64,000 bases of DNA from an uncultured Lentisphaerales bacterium (GCA_943788985.1 CALSSJ010000031.1:32001-96000); one strand, 5' to 3'. Positions 10,364 to 20,214 are shown, numbered from the stretch's first letter. Numbers and translations are program-made. The notes: generated by a model not told the origin, from the sequence alone.

Positions 10364-12396
10364 ATCGAGTAGGAGGCCCCCTCTCGGGGGCCGTCCTCTC
10401 ACAGAACCGTACGTAGGGGTCCCTATACGGCTCCTCATAGAACCTTCACATAGAAGTCAACCGGCTGCCAGTGAGACTTCTCTTGCGCGGACGCAAGATA
10501 CATTCCCTCTGAAGCAAACCAGTTGTTCGACCACGATAGAGCAGCCACGAAGCTGTGCGAAAGTGCCCACCAACCACGGCGGGCAGGATCATACACCGTT
10601 CGATAGGCCGTCGCCCGTTTCGCGCCACGGGCAACAAGCGTGCGCACTACGTGTCTCCGACGCTTCTGATTGCGAAGCTTTTGAATTCGAAAACGAACGC
10701 GAATTCGACTCTCCACCTGCCGCAACTGATTCGGAAGCTCCGTCATACCGTAGTACCCACTCCAACCCCGATACCAACGATTCACCCGGGCGAGTTGCTC
10801 CTCCATTGGAATATGGCTACGACGCGGGATTAGCTCCCGCAGCGTGGAGCGAGCTCGCTTCATCGAAACCGCCGAAATCACAATCAGACCGCTGATGATG
10901 GTCATCCCCAAGAACTTCACTTTGCTGCTGTGCCGGGAGGCACTCTTCTCGCGGTTAACCGTCAACCCCAAACGCTTCTCAATGAAGCGCGCGACACTAC
11001 GCAGCACACGCTCCGCAGACCGTTCACTGCGAACAAAGATGTTCGAGTCGTCGGCATAACGGCAAAACGTGAGGCCGCGAGATTCAAGCTCGCAATCAAG
11101 TTCATGCAGGATGATGTTGCTCAACAACGGGCTCAGAGGACTACCCTGCGCAGAGCCTTCCGGTGTCGGGATAAACGTCCCTTCACTCAGACAGCCACTG
11201 CGCAGAGTCAGGCCGATCAAACGCAGAATACGCTTGTCCGGCACATGTTGCCCAACCAGATGAAGTGCGCGATCATGATTGATCGTGTCGAAAAAGGTTG
11301 CCAGATCGAGATCGACAACCCACTCGCGTCCGGACGTTACCAAATCCTTGGCTTGCCGGACGGCATCTTGCGCACTGCGACCGGGCCGATACCCGAAGCT
11401 TGAGTCGCTAAAGAGCGGCTCGAACACCGGTTCCAGCGTGGCTTTCACCGATTGCTGGACGACGCGGTCACGTACGCAGGGAACACCCAAAATACGCTTC
11501 TTGTGGCTGCCGGGCTTGGCAATCTCCACCCGTTTCACAGGAGACGGGCGGTAGGTCCAAGCCAGAGTTCAGTCCGCAAGATTCGCAGGTTACCCTCAAG
11601 GTCTGCAGCAAAATCGTCGACGGTCACGCCGTCCACACCGGGGGCTCCGCGATTGCGCTTCACCGACACGAAGGCCGAGCGCAACTGCCAGAGGCTGCAA
11701 GCCTGATCAAAGGCATTTCCGTAGTCTATGTTAAGAGTCAGTTGTTCCATGTTGCTTTCTAATTTGGATCAGTGAAAATCGCTGGCCGGTCACCGATGGC
11801 ATACGTTCCGACGGTATTGACTGGTCACCCTGCGCTGACACTGATCGCTATTCTGGGCTGGCTCGTGGTTCCATGTTCCGCCCTTCGCCTCCATCCCGTT
11901 CCCCACGGGACACTGGCGCTCTGTTTTATCCTCAGTCGGGTCACCCGCGACATCAACGGCAGAGCGTTTTACGACTACTATGGCTTCATCTGACTCCCGA
12001 CTGCGCATACGCCACCGTAACCGATGGCCTTAGCGAATAATGGCGAAGTTCCAACCTCCACACACAGCCGGGCCTCCTCGGGTAAGCACAACAAGCATTT
12101 CTCCACCCACCCGTCTCCTCTACCTACAACCGTTACGAACAGAATACTGGGCTTTGGAATTCGAGGGTTCCTCGCCCCAGCCATAGGCCTACCAGAGATT
12201 CACACCGAGTTCGAGTGATGGATCCGTATACACCTTCCTTCAGATTCCTCATTGGCAACCGCAAACCGATAGTCCACGCGTTCGGGCAACTTGCAGTCGT
12301 TTCTTCGGACACCCTTGGCTTCTACTTTACATTCCCTCCTGTCAGGGGTTGTAGCTGGAATTACACCAGCTGTTTTGTTGTGCATGCCGAGCACAC
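10364..12396 (-). mobile_element. Group II intron (class C-like), about 2.0 kb
   Basis: Minus-strand 5' end GTGTGCTCGGCATGCAC at 12396, short domain V GAGCCGTATAGGGACCCCTACGTACGGTTC, domain VI ending CCTACTCGAT at 10364, and an RT ORF inside. Confidence 0.88.
10435..11750 (-). pseudogene. ltrA: Group II intron reverse transcriptase/maturase, one frameshift near 11555-11570, no endonuclease domain
   Basis: The 11535-11750 frame (NRGAPGVDGVT, RT0) joins the 10435-11538 frame (GVPCVRDRVVQ, QGSPLSPLLSNI, RYADD). Shifting frame restores TYRPSPVKRVEI. Confidence 0.9.
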
Positions 12397-12572
12397 CTCA
12401 CCTCCCCCCTCTCCCCGTACAGAATTCCCGACCTAGCCTTGCGTTGCCCCGGTACCGGGGTAAGGTCCTTCACTGTCGCCGAAAGGAATTTCCTATCAGT
12501 CAGTAGAACACAGTATGGATGGCTGCTTTAGGAAGCGCCATGAGGATGAAACACAAGATAGGAGAACGCATC

Positions 12573-13747
12573 ATGAAAATCAAAACCCTCATCCTCGCAG
12601 GAATACTCGGAACCGCTATGGCTGCTCAGGGAGCAGCGGTCACCCTTTCGGGATTGTCACAATCCGGCGGAGAATTTCAGTGGCCTTCAGCGACGCTGCT
12701 TGGTGGCCATGAGAATGTCTCGCTAGCAACACAGGTAGGCCTCCAAACTGGTCGTAGTTATGGCCAAACTTTTACGATTGTGGAGAATGACACGATTGAC
12801 CTGATTACTTTCAGTTTTATGGATTTCAGCACTGCAGGGGGGGACTTTACCGTTGAGTTCTACAAAGTGGCTTCTGTCAGCACCGGTGATACATCGACCG
12901 GACCAGTCGATTCGGGGACCTTCAGTGCGGCGGATATCTCTGCTCTCGGCTTCAGTACTGGCGATCATGGCACACTCGTCTTGGATGTGACCGACACCGC
13001 TGTGACCGCGGGTGAGGTCTATGCGTGGAAAGTTACTGGACTCGGCAATAGAGTTTTTAATACGCAGAACAGTGCCAGCGTATATGCGGGTGGCCAGAGC
13101 TTCGGCACTCAAACTGGTACTCGCGACTATTTCGTGGCGGCCTACAGCTTTCCCACAGACTTGCAGGTCCAGATTACGACCGACGTAGCTGGCACTCTGC
13201 TGCAAGCAGGTTGGGACCTCGTCGATGGAGACAGAGCTCTCGTCTTCGATCTCCGGAGTGGTGGACGGCGTCACCATCACCGTCGACTGGTCGTACGGTC
13301 GGGCCGCACGGACGGCGACGGTGGGAATTATTCAGTAGTTAACCATACCGACGGAGATCTCGATAACCTGCTGTCGGGTGGGCGCGGTCAATAATGCAGC
13401 TATATATCGATCTGACCCTCGCAGGGCCTGGCTGACGGGACTACTCGATCACCACCTATCATCACGCGTGCTTTGACATCCGAATGTCCAACCGTTTGAT
13501 TTTGAGTCACCTGACTCGATGCCAACGGAACTGTCTTGGTGCACAATGATCTTGCACGCAGTCTTGGCGCGAGTGTGACCACTGCCGATTTCGGACGGCG
13601 GTAACCACGTTCACCGTCAGCGGTGGTAACGACGTCATTCTCACCTTTGATCCCGAAGCGGCGGAATTCGGCCCAAGTGACCAGCTGTTCCTCAATGGCT
13701 TTGAACTTTCAAGGCGGCCCTCCGGCACGGTGATCATCATTCGGTAG
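12573..13747 (+). pseudogene. Secreted beta-rich protein with several frameshifts after about 13240, ending PSGTVIIIR
   Basis: Signal peptide MKIKTLILAGILGTAMAAQG. Coding-like fragments (LTLAG-LADG-YSITTYHH; FLNGFELSRRPSGTVIIIR*) continue in shifted frames to TAG at 13745-13747. Confidence 0.65.
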
Positions 13748-13784
13748 GTTTTGGCGTGGTTCGGGGCTGGCCCGCGAGAGGGGA

Positions 13785-13911
13785 TGACTGGGTGACTGGG
13801 TGACTGGGTGACTGGGTGACTTGTTGACGCCGGATGGAAGCCTGGGCTTACGCCCAGCAGGCGCTAGCCTGCAAAGCCCCGGCGTCATCAGGTCACCAAG
13901 TCATCGCGTCA
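13785..13911. repeat. Palindromic element with 8-bp periodic arms
   Basis: TGAC at 13785, 13793, 13801, 13809, 13817 and 13825; GTCA at 13884, 13892, 13900 and 13908; inner stem TGACGCCGG/CCGGCGTCA. Confidence 0.85.
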
Positions 13912-14059
13912 AAACCACCGTGTCAGACCGGCCGTGGGCCCTTGCATGCGGGGTAGCCGCTGCAGCCCCAGAATTCGCCCTTGGCGGGGCGTCGTTTGCG
14001 CATGGGTTGGTCGCATTGCGGGCAGGTGGGGGCGTCTGGCTCATCGCGGGGAACAGGCT

Positions 14060-14305
14060 AGGGGGGTGGCGGGAATACTCGCCACCATGTACAGCGGGAG
14101 CGACATGAGGTGGTACTTGACGGGCTGGGGAGGTCGTGGTTTTGACATCGAGATCCTGAGCCGAGGGCGGATTGGTATCCAGACGCAGTGCCCGGGGCAG
14201 CTTTTTCTGATGCATGAAGGCATGTAGCGACTTCATCGCACCAGCGCTGCCCGCCTTCACTTCAACCGGGACGATCTGGCTTCCTCGCTGAATGATGTAG
14301 TTCCT
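14060..14305 (-). pseudogene. C-terminal remnant of an AAA+ ATPase/DUF4143-type protein
   Basis: NYIIQRGSQIVPVEVKAGSAGAMKSLHAFM...LRLDTNPPS, then in a shifted frame PVKYHLMSLPLYM. No N-terminal part is present. Confidence 0.7.
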
Positions 14306-14710
14306 ATCTTGTAAAGCTGGCTGGGGCCTTGCTAATCCGTGTGTCCCTTCACATCTGCTACTTTCGGTTTCTCTAACATGGCCGCCCGTCAGTCACTCGA
14401 GGACAAAGTCGCCGAACTCAAAGCGATTGCCACACAGCCTCCCACCCCGAGACCACCCAGCTGATTCGCCGCCACCTGGTCGGCAAGACCAGCTACCTCG
14501 TTGCAGAAGCTGCAAAAGAGACCGGTCCCCGTGCCGGGCGGGGTCAGGGCTTGATTATACAGTTTGAATCTGCGGTGTGGTCGGGTATTGACAGACAGGC
14601 CCTCCGGGCGGGGTCCTGACATTGGTGCATGCTGAAAGGTTGGCGCGACTTGGCACTCGGGCTATTGTTGGTGTGTGGCCATTGGCGAACACCAGTATAG
14701 GAGGAGTAAC

Positions 14711-14935
14711 GTGGATGCGGTGATCATTGAGAAAGAAGCACTGAAGCTCTGTGAAGCCGATCGCGCTCTGCTTGCGGATCGTCTTCTTCTGAGCATCTCG
14801 CCTGAGTCAGTCAAGATCAGGGAAGCGTGGACTGCCGAGTCTGAAGATAGGGTGCGGGCATATCGAGTAGGTGAACTTCAGGCGATAGACGGCCCGGAGG
14901 CATTGGCTACACTGAGAGCACGGTTCTCAGTGTGA
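14711..14935 (+). CDS. Addiction-module antitoxin (TIGR02574-like)
   Basis: RBS AGGAGGAG and GTG start. EALKLCEADRALLADRLLLS...AWTAESEDRV pattern. Confidence 0.82.
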   Translation: MDAVIIEKEALKLCEADRALLADRLLLSISPESVKIREAWTAESEDRVRAYRVGELQAIDGPEALATLRARFSV

Positions 14936-14973
14936 CGTATCGCTTCCTCTCGCCAGCGTACCAGGAGTTTTGA
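14932..14973 (+). pseudogene. RelE/ParE toxin stump (13 codons) cut by the repeat array
   Basis: GTGA overlap with the antitoxin stop. MTYRFLSPAYQEF is a typical ParE-like start and is followed by TGA where the repeats begin. Confidence 0.6.
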
Positions 14974-15220
14974 CGTATGGCCTTCGGCCTAGGGACAAGG
15001 GATTTGCATCACATTGTATGGCCTTCGGCCTAGGGACAAGGGATTTGCATCACATTGTGCTTGACCGGATGACGTATGGCCTTCGGCCTAGGGACAATGA
15101 CGTATGGCCTTCGGCCTAGGGACAAGGGATTTGCATCACATTGTGCTTGACCGGAGGCCTTCGGCCTAGGGACAAGGGATTTGCATCACATTGTGCTTGA
15201 CCGGATGGCGCTACAGGGGT
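14971..15220 (+). repeat. Tandem array of Y1-transposase-associated end repeats (copy A left end)
   Basis: GGCCTTCGGCCTAGGGACAA at 14979, 15020, 15078, 15106 and 15156. Four copies continue GGGATTTGCATCACATTGT. Confidence 0.92.
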
Positions 15221-15257
15221 AGCTTGCATCAAATAGTGTTTCATTGAGAGGTTCCCT

Positions 15258-16232
15258 ATGCGAACAGCGAGGCTTCGGCCAAACCGGAAGGAAGGCAGCT
15301 ACCTTCATCTCTATCAACGAGCCTGTGGATTTCGCTCGGATCGAATTTTCGGAGATGTCGAGCGCCAGTTCATGCTCAATCTCATTGGCAAGGTTTCGGC
15401 GTTGTACACGCTCGAAATCATTGCAGTGACGGCAATGTCCAACCATGTGCATATTGTTGCCTTCGTGCCAGGGGAGCCGCCGACACCGGAAGAAACTTGC
15501 CGACGTTATAACGCATTCTATGCTGGCATGAAGCCGGAATTGACTGTCCACTCGCCTGACTTGGCGCGCATTCAGGAGCGCCTGGGGGACTTCAGCGTAT
15601 TCATGGGGCATTGGCAACAGAGCTTCACCTGCTGGTTTAATCGCACGCGCAAGGAACAGCGCAGGGGGCGCCTGTGGGGGGACCGATTCAAGCACACAAT
15701 TCTGGAGGGTCGTGAGGCGCTTTGGACTTGCGTGCAGTATGTGGAGATGAATCCTGTCCGTGCTGGGATCTGCGAGCAGCCGGACGACTACCGGTTCTGC
15801 AGTTGGGGGATTCGCTGCGGGAGCGGCAAGCATCCCTATGCCACGAACTTCCTCCACCACTTACGCCGGTCGCTGGGAGATCGGGCAGACGATTGGTCCA
15901 TGCCAGATCTCGAGGCAGAATTTCGTTCGGATTTAGCTAGGAAGTTGACTGCAGAGCTTGGAGCAAGCGGCGAGGAGATTGCAGCTGCCAGTGACCTAGC
16001 ACGCGCGAAGGTTCCTGTGACGCTGCAGCTTACCCGTCGGGCCCGCTATTGGACCGATGGGGCCGTGATCGGCTCAAGGCAATTTGTGATGGAAATCACA
16101 GCTGAGGCACTTGGCGCCGAGCGGGCGAAGAAGCGACGATACGGGCGCGGCTTGATTGCCGACGGCACTGCCCTCTTCAGTATGCGCCAACTTCGAACGG
16201 TGGCTCCCGGCTCTGATCAAGATCTCGGCTGA
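15258..16232 (+). CDS. HUH/Y1 tyrosine transposase, REP-associated (RAYT/IS200-like), copy A
   Basis: MSNHVHI (HUH), GRLWGDRFK, YVEMNPVRAGI and DYRFCSW. Confidence 0.92.
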   Translation: MRTARLRPNRKEGSYLHLYQRACGFRSDRIFGDVERQFMLNLIGKVSALYTLEIIAVTAMSNHVHIVAFVPGEPPTPEETCRRYNAFYAGMKPELTVHSPDLARIQERLGDFSVFMGHWQQSFTCWFNRTRKEQRRGRLWGDRFKHTILEGREALWTCVQYVEMNPVRAGICEQPDDYRFCSWGIRCGSGKHPYATNFLHHLRRSLGDRADDWSMPDLEAEFRSDLARKLTAELGASGEEIAAASDLARAKVPVTLQLTRRARYWTDGAVIGSRQFVMEITAEALGAERAKKRRYGRGLIADGTALFSMRQLRTVAPGSDQDLG

Positions 16233-16589
16233 ACATCGCTCTATTCAAGGCTGCCATGCTTGGGCGCAAAGCCGCTACCTGCAGATCACATTGTCTCGAG
16301 CGAAAAGCCTTCGGGGGAAGCCCCGCTGCTTGCCCAGAGCCCTCTCATCGAAGCACAATCTGATCCAAGCTACGCCTGAACCGCGGTCAAGTGCAGTCTA
16401 GCTAATATGTGTTGGAATCGCTGCCCGTCACCGATCCTCGGTCAGTGACTCGCATTGCTCAAGCGAAGCTGGTTTTCGCGCATTCGGCCAGATCAACAGG
16501 CCTTCGTAGGCCTTGCCCGGATTACTTGATTCACCGCACTGGGCCTTGGTAACCATCAATTCCCAATAAGCAGATCCTTGTCTTGCGTT

Positions 16590-18100
16590 GGCGCTGCTAA
16601 TCCTCTGTCCCCAATCTGTATTCCCCTTGGGCAGCACGGGCCAAAGCCCGAAACCGGACCTGCCAATGAGGCACCGTTTGAGCCAAGTAGGGATTCACGA
16701 TCGCCAGCGCCCGCTCCGCATGCCCCTGCGCCACAGCCAGCCAAGCGGCCTGGTAGTCATACTGCAGCTTCTCGGCAAACGCCTCACGATCGATGGTTGC
16801 GAACTCCGCAATCGCCTGCGCGCTACGCTTCTGTAGTGCCAGATAGTAACACCAGGCGAGTCTTGTTTCAGGCGTGGGATTCTTGTAGCACCTGAAGGTT
16901 TAGAAACTCTCGATAATGCCAGGTCAATTTGTCATCTGGCGGCTTGTCGTCCCACAGACTATCCTGCGGTACACCCAAAGTATCGTATGCCACATGCTGA
17001 TGACGCCGGACCTGGTACAGCTCACTCTCAAGCGTAGGCCCGACATCCAAGCCGCGTTCTCCCAAAAAGGCACGTGCTCCGCGCTCATCTCGATGAAACA
17101 GCGCATACTTGCCCACAACTGGATCACTCTGGAGGCCGCTTTCGAGCCTGCCCGCGACCACTTCGTACAGGTCCCGGTCCCTCAAGCGCGGACCCAGTAG
17201 TCCCAGATCCAGCTGTTGGACATTCGCATTAGCCAGAAACTCCTGGATTTGAGCAGTCGCCCCACGCTTGGTCAGCCAGGGCCAATACTCCGAGAATTGA
17301 GCGTCTTCCCCAGAGACCTTACAGGTGGGCACACTGAGACTGCCCACCACCTCCGTCCCCCGCGACAGATGCAGCGGTGGCTGATAGAACGTCCCCCTCC
17401 TCGGGGAAGTAGAACGCGGTCGTGAACGTTCTCGTGCTTCTCGCCGCGATCCGTTGATTCGCCGCACTGCGATAGTCAAACAGTGGGATAGATCCGTCTG
17501 GGTGCCGCACCAAGAGCGTGAGGCGCGGCAGCACTGTAGGTTAGTGGCAGTGATCGTTGCCGTGCACGGCATGCCACTCACATACTCGCCATTCCCAACC
17601 TGCATATCCTGTTGCCTCACACTCCAATCCAGAAAGAACTCAGGCCGCCGTTTCCAACTGCGTCGCGGCCAGCAGCTGATCACTCGCGACCAACGCTCCC
17701 GTGTTGCTGCGGAGGATGAGAGCTTCTCCCCTGACATCGCGGCTGGGCGGTGCCGCCGTGAACGGCAGATCGACCAGCGCCAGCATCAGCAGCACCTCGT
17801 TTGCCGACCGCCGCGCGGCCAGCGCGTAGGGTGTCAGCATGGTGCCCTCTACGACATCCAGCCAGAACCGAGAAGGCGCAATATCCACGCGAGTCCCTGG
17901 CATTCTCTGGTAGTAATTATACCCCGCATACTTCGCGGCACGGGCCGGCCGCCAGGCGCACGGTTCGACGCGCTCTTGCTTCCCATTCATCCAGCTCTGA
18001 ATCGGTGAATCTAAAGGGGGCAGGCGTCTGAGCAGTGGGGGCGGCAACAGCAGCTGGACGATGGACAATTCGGACACTGACATAAGCATCGGCGACTAGC
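16590..18100 (-). pseudogene. Heavily frameshifted remnant of a large hypothetical protein
   Basis: Overlapping coding-like fragments in three minus frames (YNYYQ...RFWLD...LALVDLPF; FTTAFYFP; LTWHYREFL). Confidence 0.5.
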
Positions 18101-18777
18101 TTGGCAACCTTAAGCTCCTCCGCGATCAGCTCCTCGACTTGGCTGGTTGTGCGGCCGGCCACACGTATTCGAGGAAGCCCAGCGCATGACCAGATTCCCC
18201 GTCTTTGAGCGCACCCAGTAGTCATCGTCGAAACTCGAATCTTCTGAAACTGCGACCGCTAGGCAGCCCCCCGGGCGTATTACTTCGTCCATATCAAGCA
18301 TCCAATCCGCCCCAGGCCACAGACACAACTTTGACTCGAAACTGCGGGCATCGGTGATCAGTAGAGTTTTCCCGATGGTCCGGGTGCCACAAGGCCGCGT
18401 CACGGATTGGCCGGTGGGCCATTCAGTGCAGGCCGTGGTTGGGATTGTGGCTTTGGCATTTCAATTCACTTTCGGCCCTTCGCTGACGGAGCCCTATGAT
18501 CGGCCGATTGCCGACGATTACAAGCATCGCTACGGGCAACATTGGACTTCATGAGACCACACTGCCCATTGGTCACAGTCGGTCTGGTATCCGAATCGCA
18601 TGCGGCTCATTGTAGGTATCGGTGGCCCCCATCCCTTCGGCGTAGTATCCAATGTTCTACTTGGGAATGGCCATGCATCCTGGCATGACGACTTCACCAT
18701 CAACTTCGATCGATGCTATGTTGACTAGTGGAAACCCGATCCTTCCTGTTGGTACCCCATATTCTCCGAAACAGTCG

Positions 18778-20214
18778 ATGACAGAGCAAAACCCAGACTA
18801 CCAGACCACCAACCGCGCTCTTGAGTCGCAGGACCACCGCAGGCTTCCAATTGATCCTCTGGGGATCAACGTCGTTGCAGGGCACTTGGGACGCCATGAA
18901 CCAGCGTTCGCCAACGCATTCATTAATCACATGAACCTCTGGCTGGATCCACAAGGTTCCGGACCGCATCGCATAGAATGGACACTGGTGGCGCCGGAAG
19001 ATGGCGAGTATGAAGTGGCCGCGGTGGTGTTGGGGAAGGGATCGCGCCTGATGCTGACGTGCAACGGCGTCAATCAAGAGACCGTCACCGCCGAAGCCAA
19101 TCACTGGGAACAGCTGCCCCTGGGATCGATCGCGCTACACCCTGGCGACAACACCTTGCTCCTGACGGTTGACGTGGCCGAGGGCTTCAGGTTCGACGTG
19201 CTTGAGCTGATTCAGCCTGCAGCCAAGGCGGAACAGCTGGAACAGGCATTGGCAATGCGCTGCCATCCGGCGTGGTTCAAGGATGCAGTCTACGGTTTAA
19301 TGTTTCAGTGGACCAACCGCGCCACACCGCCTGAGGGCCGCATCAAGCCGTGGGAACAGAAGGTCAACGACTTCAAGATCGACGCGTTTGTCGAGATGGT
19401 GCAGGCAACCGGAGCGGCCTATGTGCTCTGGTCCGTGACGTGGGGAAATCAGTATATCTCAGCGCCCATCATGTCCTTGGATGCGCTCATTGAAGGGCGA
19501 ACCACGAAGCGCGACTTGCTCGGGGAAATGGCGGACGCGTTGCACGAGCGAGGCATCAAGCTGATCTTCTACTATCACTACGGGTATGACTGTGGTCATT
19601 CCATCGATGCAGACTGGATGAAGGCCTCCGGCGGCTACAAGCCAGACAAGACCGACTTCTACCAGAACTGGATGGCGATCACCGCAGAGATCGGCGATCG
19701 CTATGGCGACAAATTGCACGGCTGGTGGTTCGACGGTGGTCAACGCTACTACAACTGCCATTTCGACAGCACGCCTGGTGACCAAGGCATTCTCTCAGCG
19801 CCGTTTAAGCAGTTGACGCAAGCTGCCAAGAGGGGAAACCCACAGCGCATTGTCGCCTACAACTCCTGGATTAAGCCCCGGCAAACCGAGTTTCAGGACT
19901 ACTTTGCTGGCGAGGGAGCAGGCGGCTTGACCAGATTGGAGGACGGCATCTTTCCGGACGGTCCACAGCAGGGCCTGATGGCTCACGGCTGCTTTATTTT
20001 TGAGAAGACCTGGGGGCACATCGAAAGAGACGCGATCATCTCCCAGCCCCGGCACGACTTCGCCCAGTTGGCGAATTTGGTCCAAAAGGCCCAAGACGGC
20101 AGGTTCCCGCTCTCGATCAACCTTGAGATGTACGAGGACGGCTCCGTCTCCCCCGACTCCGTCGCCTTGCTGAAGAAATTACGGAAGATCGTTCGCCCAG
20201 AGTCCTGCACGTAG
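18778..20214 (+). CDS. Alpha-L-fucosidase-like glycoside hydrolase (GH29-like) with N-terminal beta-sandwich
   Basis: WFKDAVYGLMFQW, RDLLGEMADALHERGIKLIFYYH and RYGDKLHGWWFDG. Confidence 0.8.
   Translation: MTEQNPDYQTTNRALESQDHRRLPIDPLGINVVAGHLGRHEPAFANAFINHMNLWLDPQGSGPHRIEWTLVAPEDGEYEVAAVVLGKGSRLMLTCNGVNQETVTAEANHWEQLPLGSIALHPGDNTLLLTVDVAEGFRFDVLELIQPAAKAEQLEQALAMRCHPAWFKDAVYGLMFQWTNRATPPEGRIKPWEQKVNDFKIDAFVEMVQATGAAYVLWSVTWGNQYISAPIMSLDALIEGRTTKRDLLGEMADALHERGIKLIFYYHYGYDCGHSIDADWMKASGGYKPDKTDFYQNWMAITAEIGDRYGDKLHGWWFDGGQRYYNCHFDSTPGDQGILSAPFKQLTQAAKRGNPQRIVAYNSWIKPRQTEFQDYFAGEGAGGLTRLEDGIFPDGPQQGLMAHGCFIFEKTWGHIERDAIISQPRHDFAQLANLVQKAQDGRFPLSINLEMYEDGSVSPDSVALLKKLRKIVRPESCT

Larger units (their letters stand above)
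14971..16612 (+). mobile_element. Y1 transposase element copy A (left repeats, ORF, conserved 3' region, inverted right end)
   Basis: Colinear with 55785-57476. The right end GCTGCTAATCCTCTGTCCCC (16593-16612) is a degenerate reverse complement of the left repeat. Confidence 0.8.

Noticed and set aside
10435..11750. Retron, DGR or defence-associated RT
   Set aside because: It has RT0, YADD and a maturase region and is embedded in recognisable group II intron ends (DV/DVI).
14971..15220. CRISPR array
   Set aside because: The intervening sequences are truncated pieces of the same unit rather than unique spacers, the period is irregular, there are no cas genes, and the repeat also occurs inverted at element ends.
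16233..16590. TnpB/IscB gene or omega-RNA system beside the Y1 transposase
   Set aside because: No RuvC or zinc-finger ORF follows either transposase copy.
18110..18600. Immunity-protein or glycosidase fragments
   Set aside because: The short ORFs have no motif I can identify with confidence.
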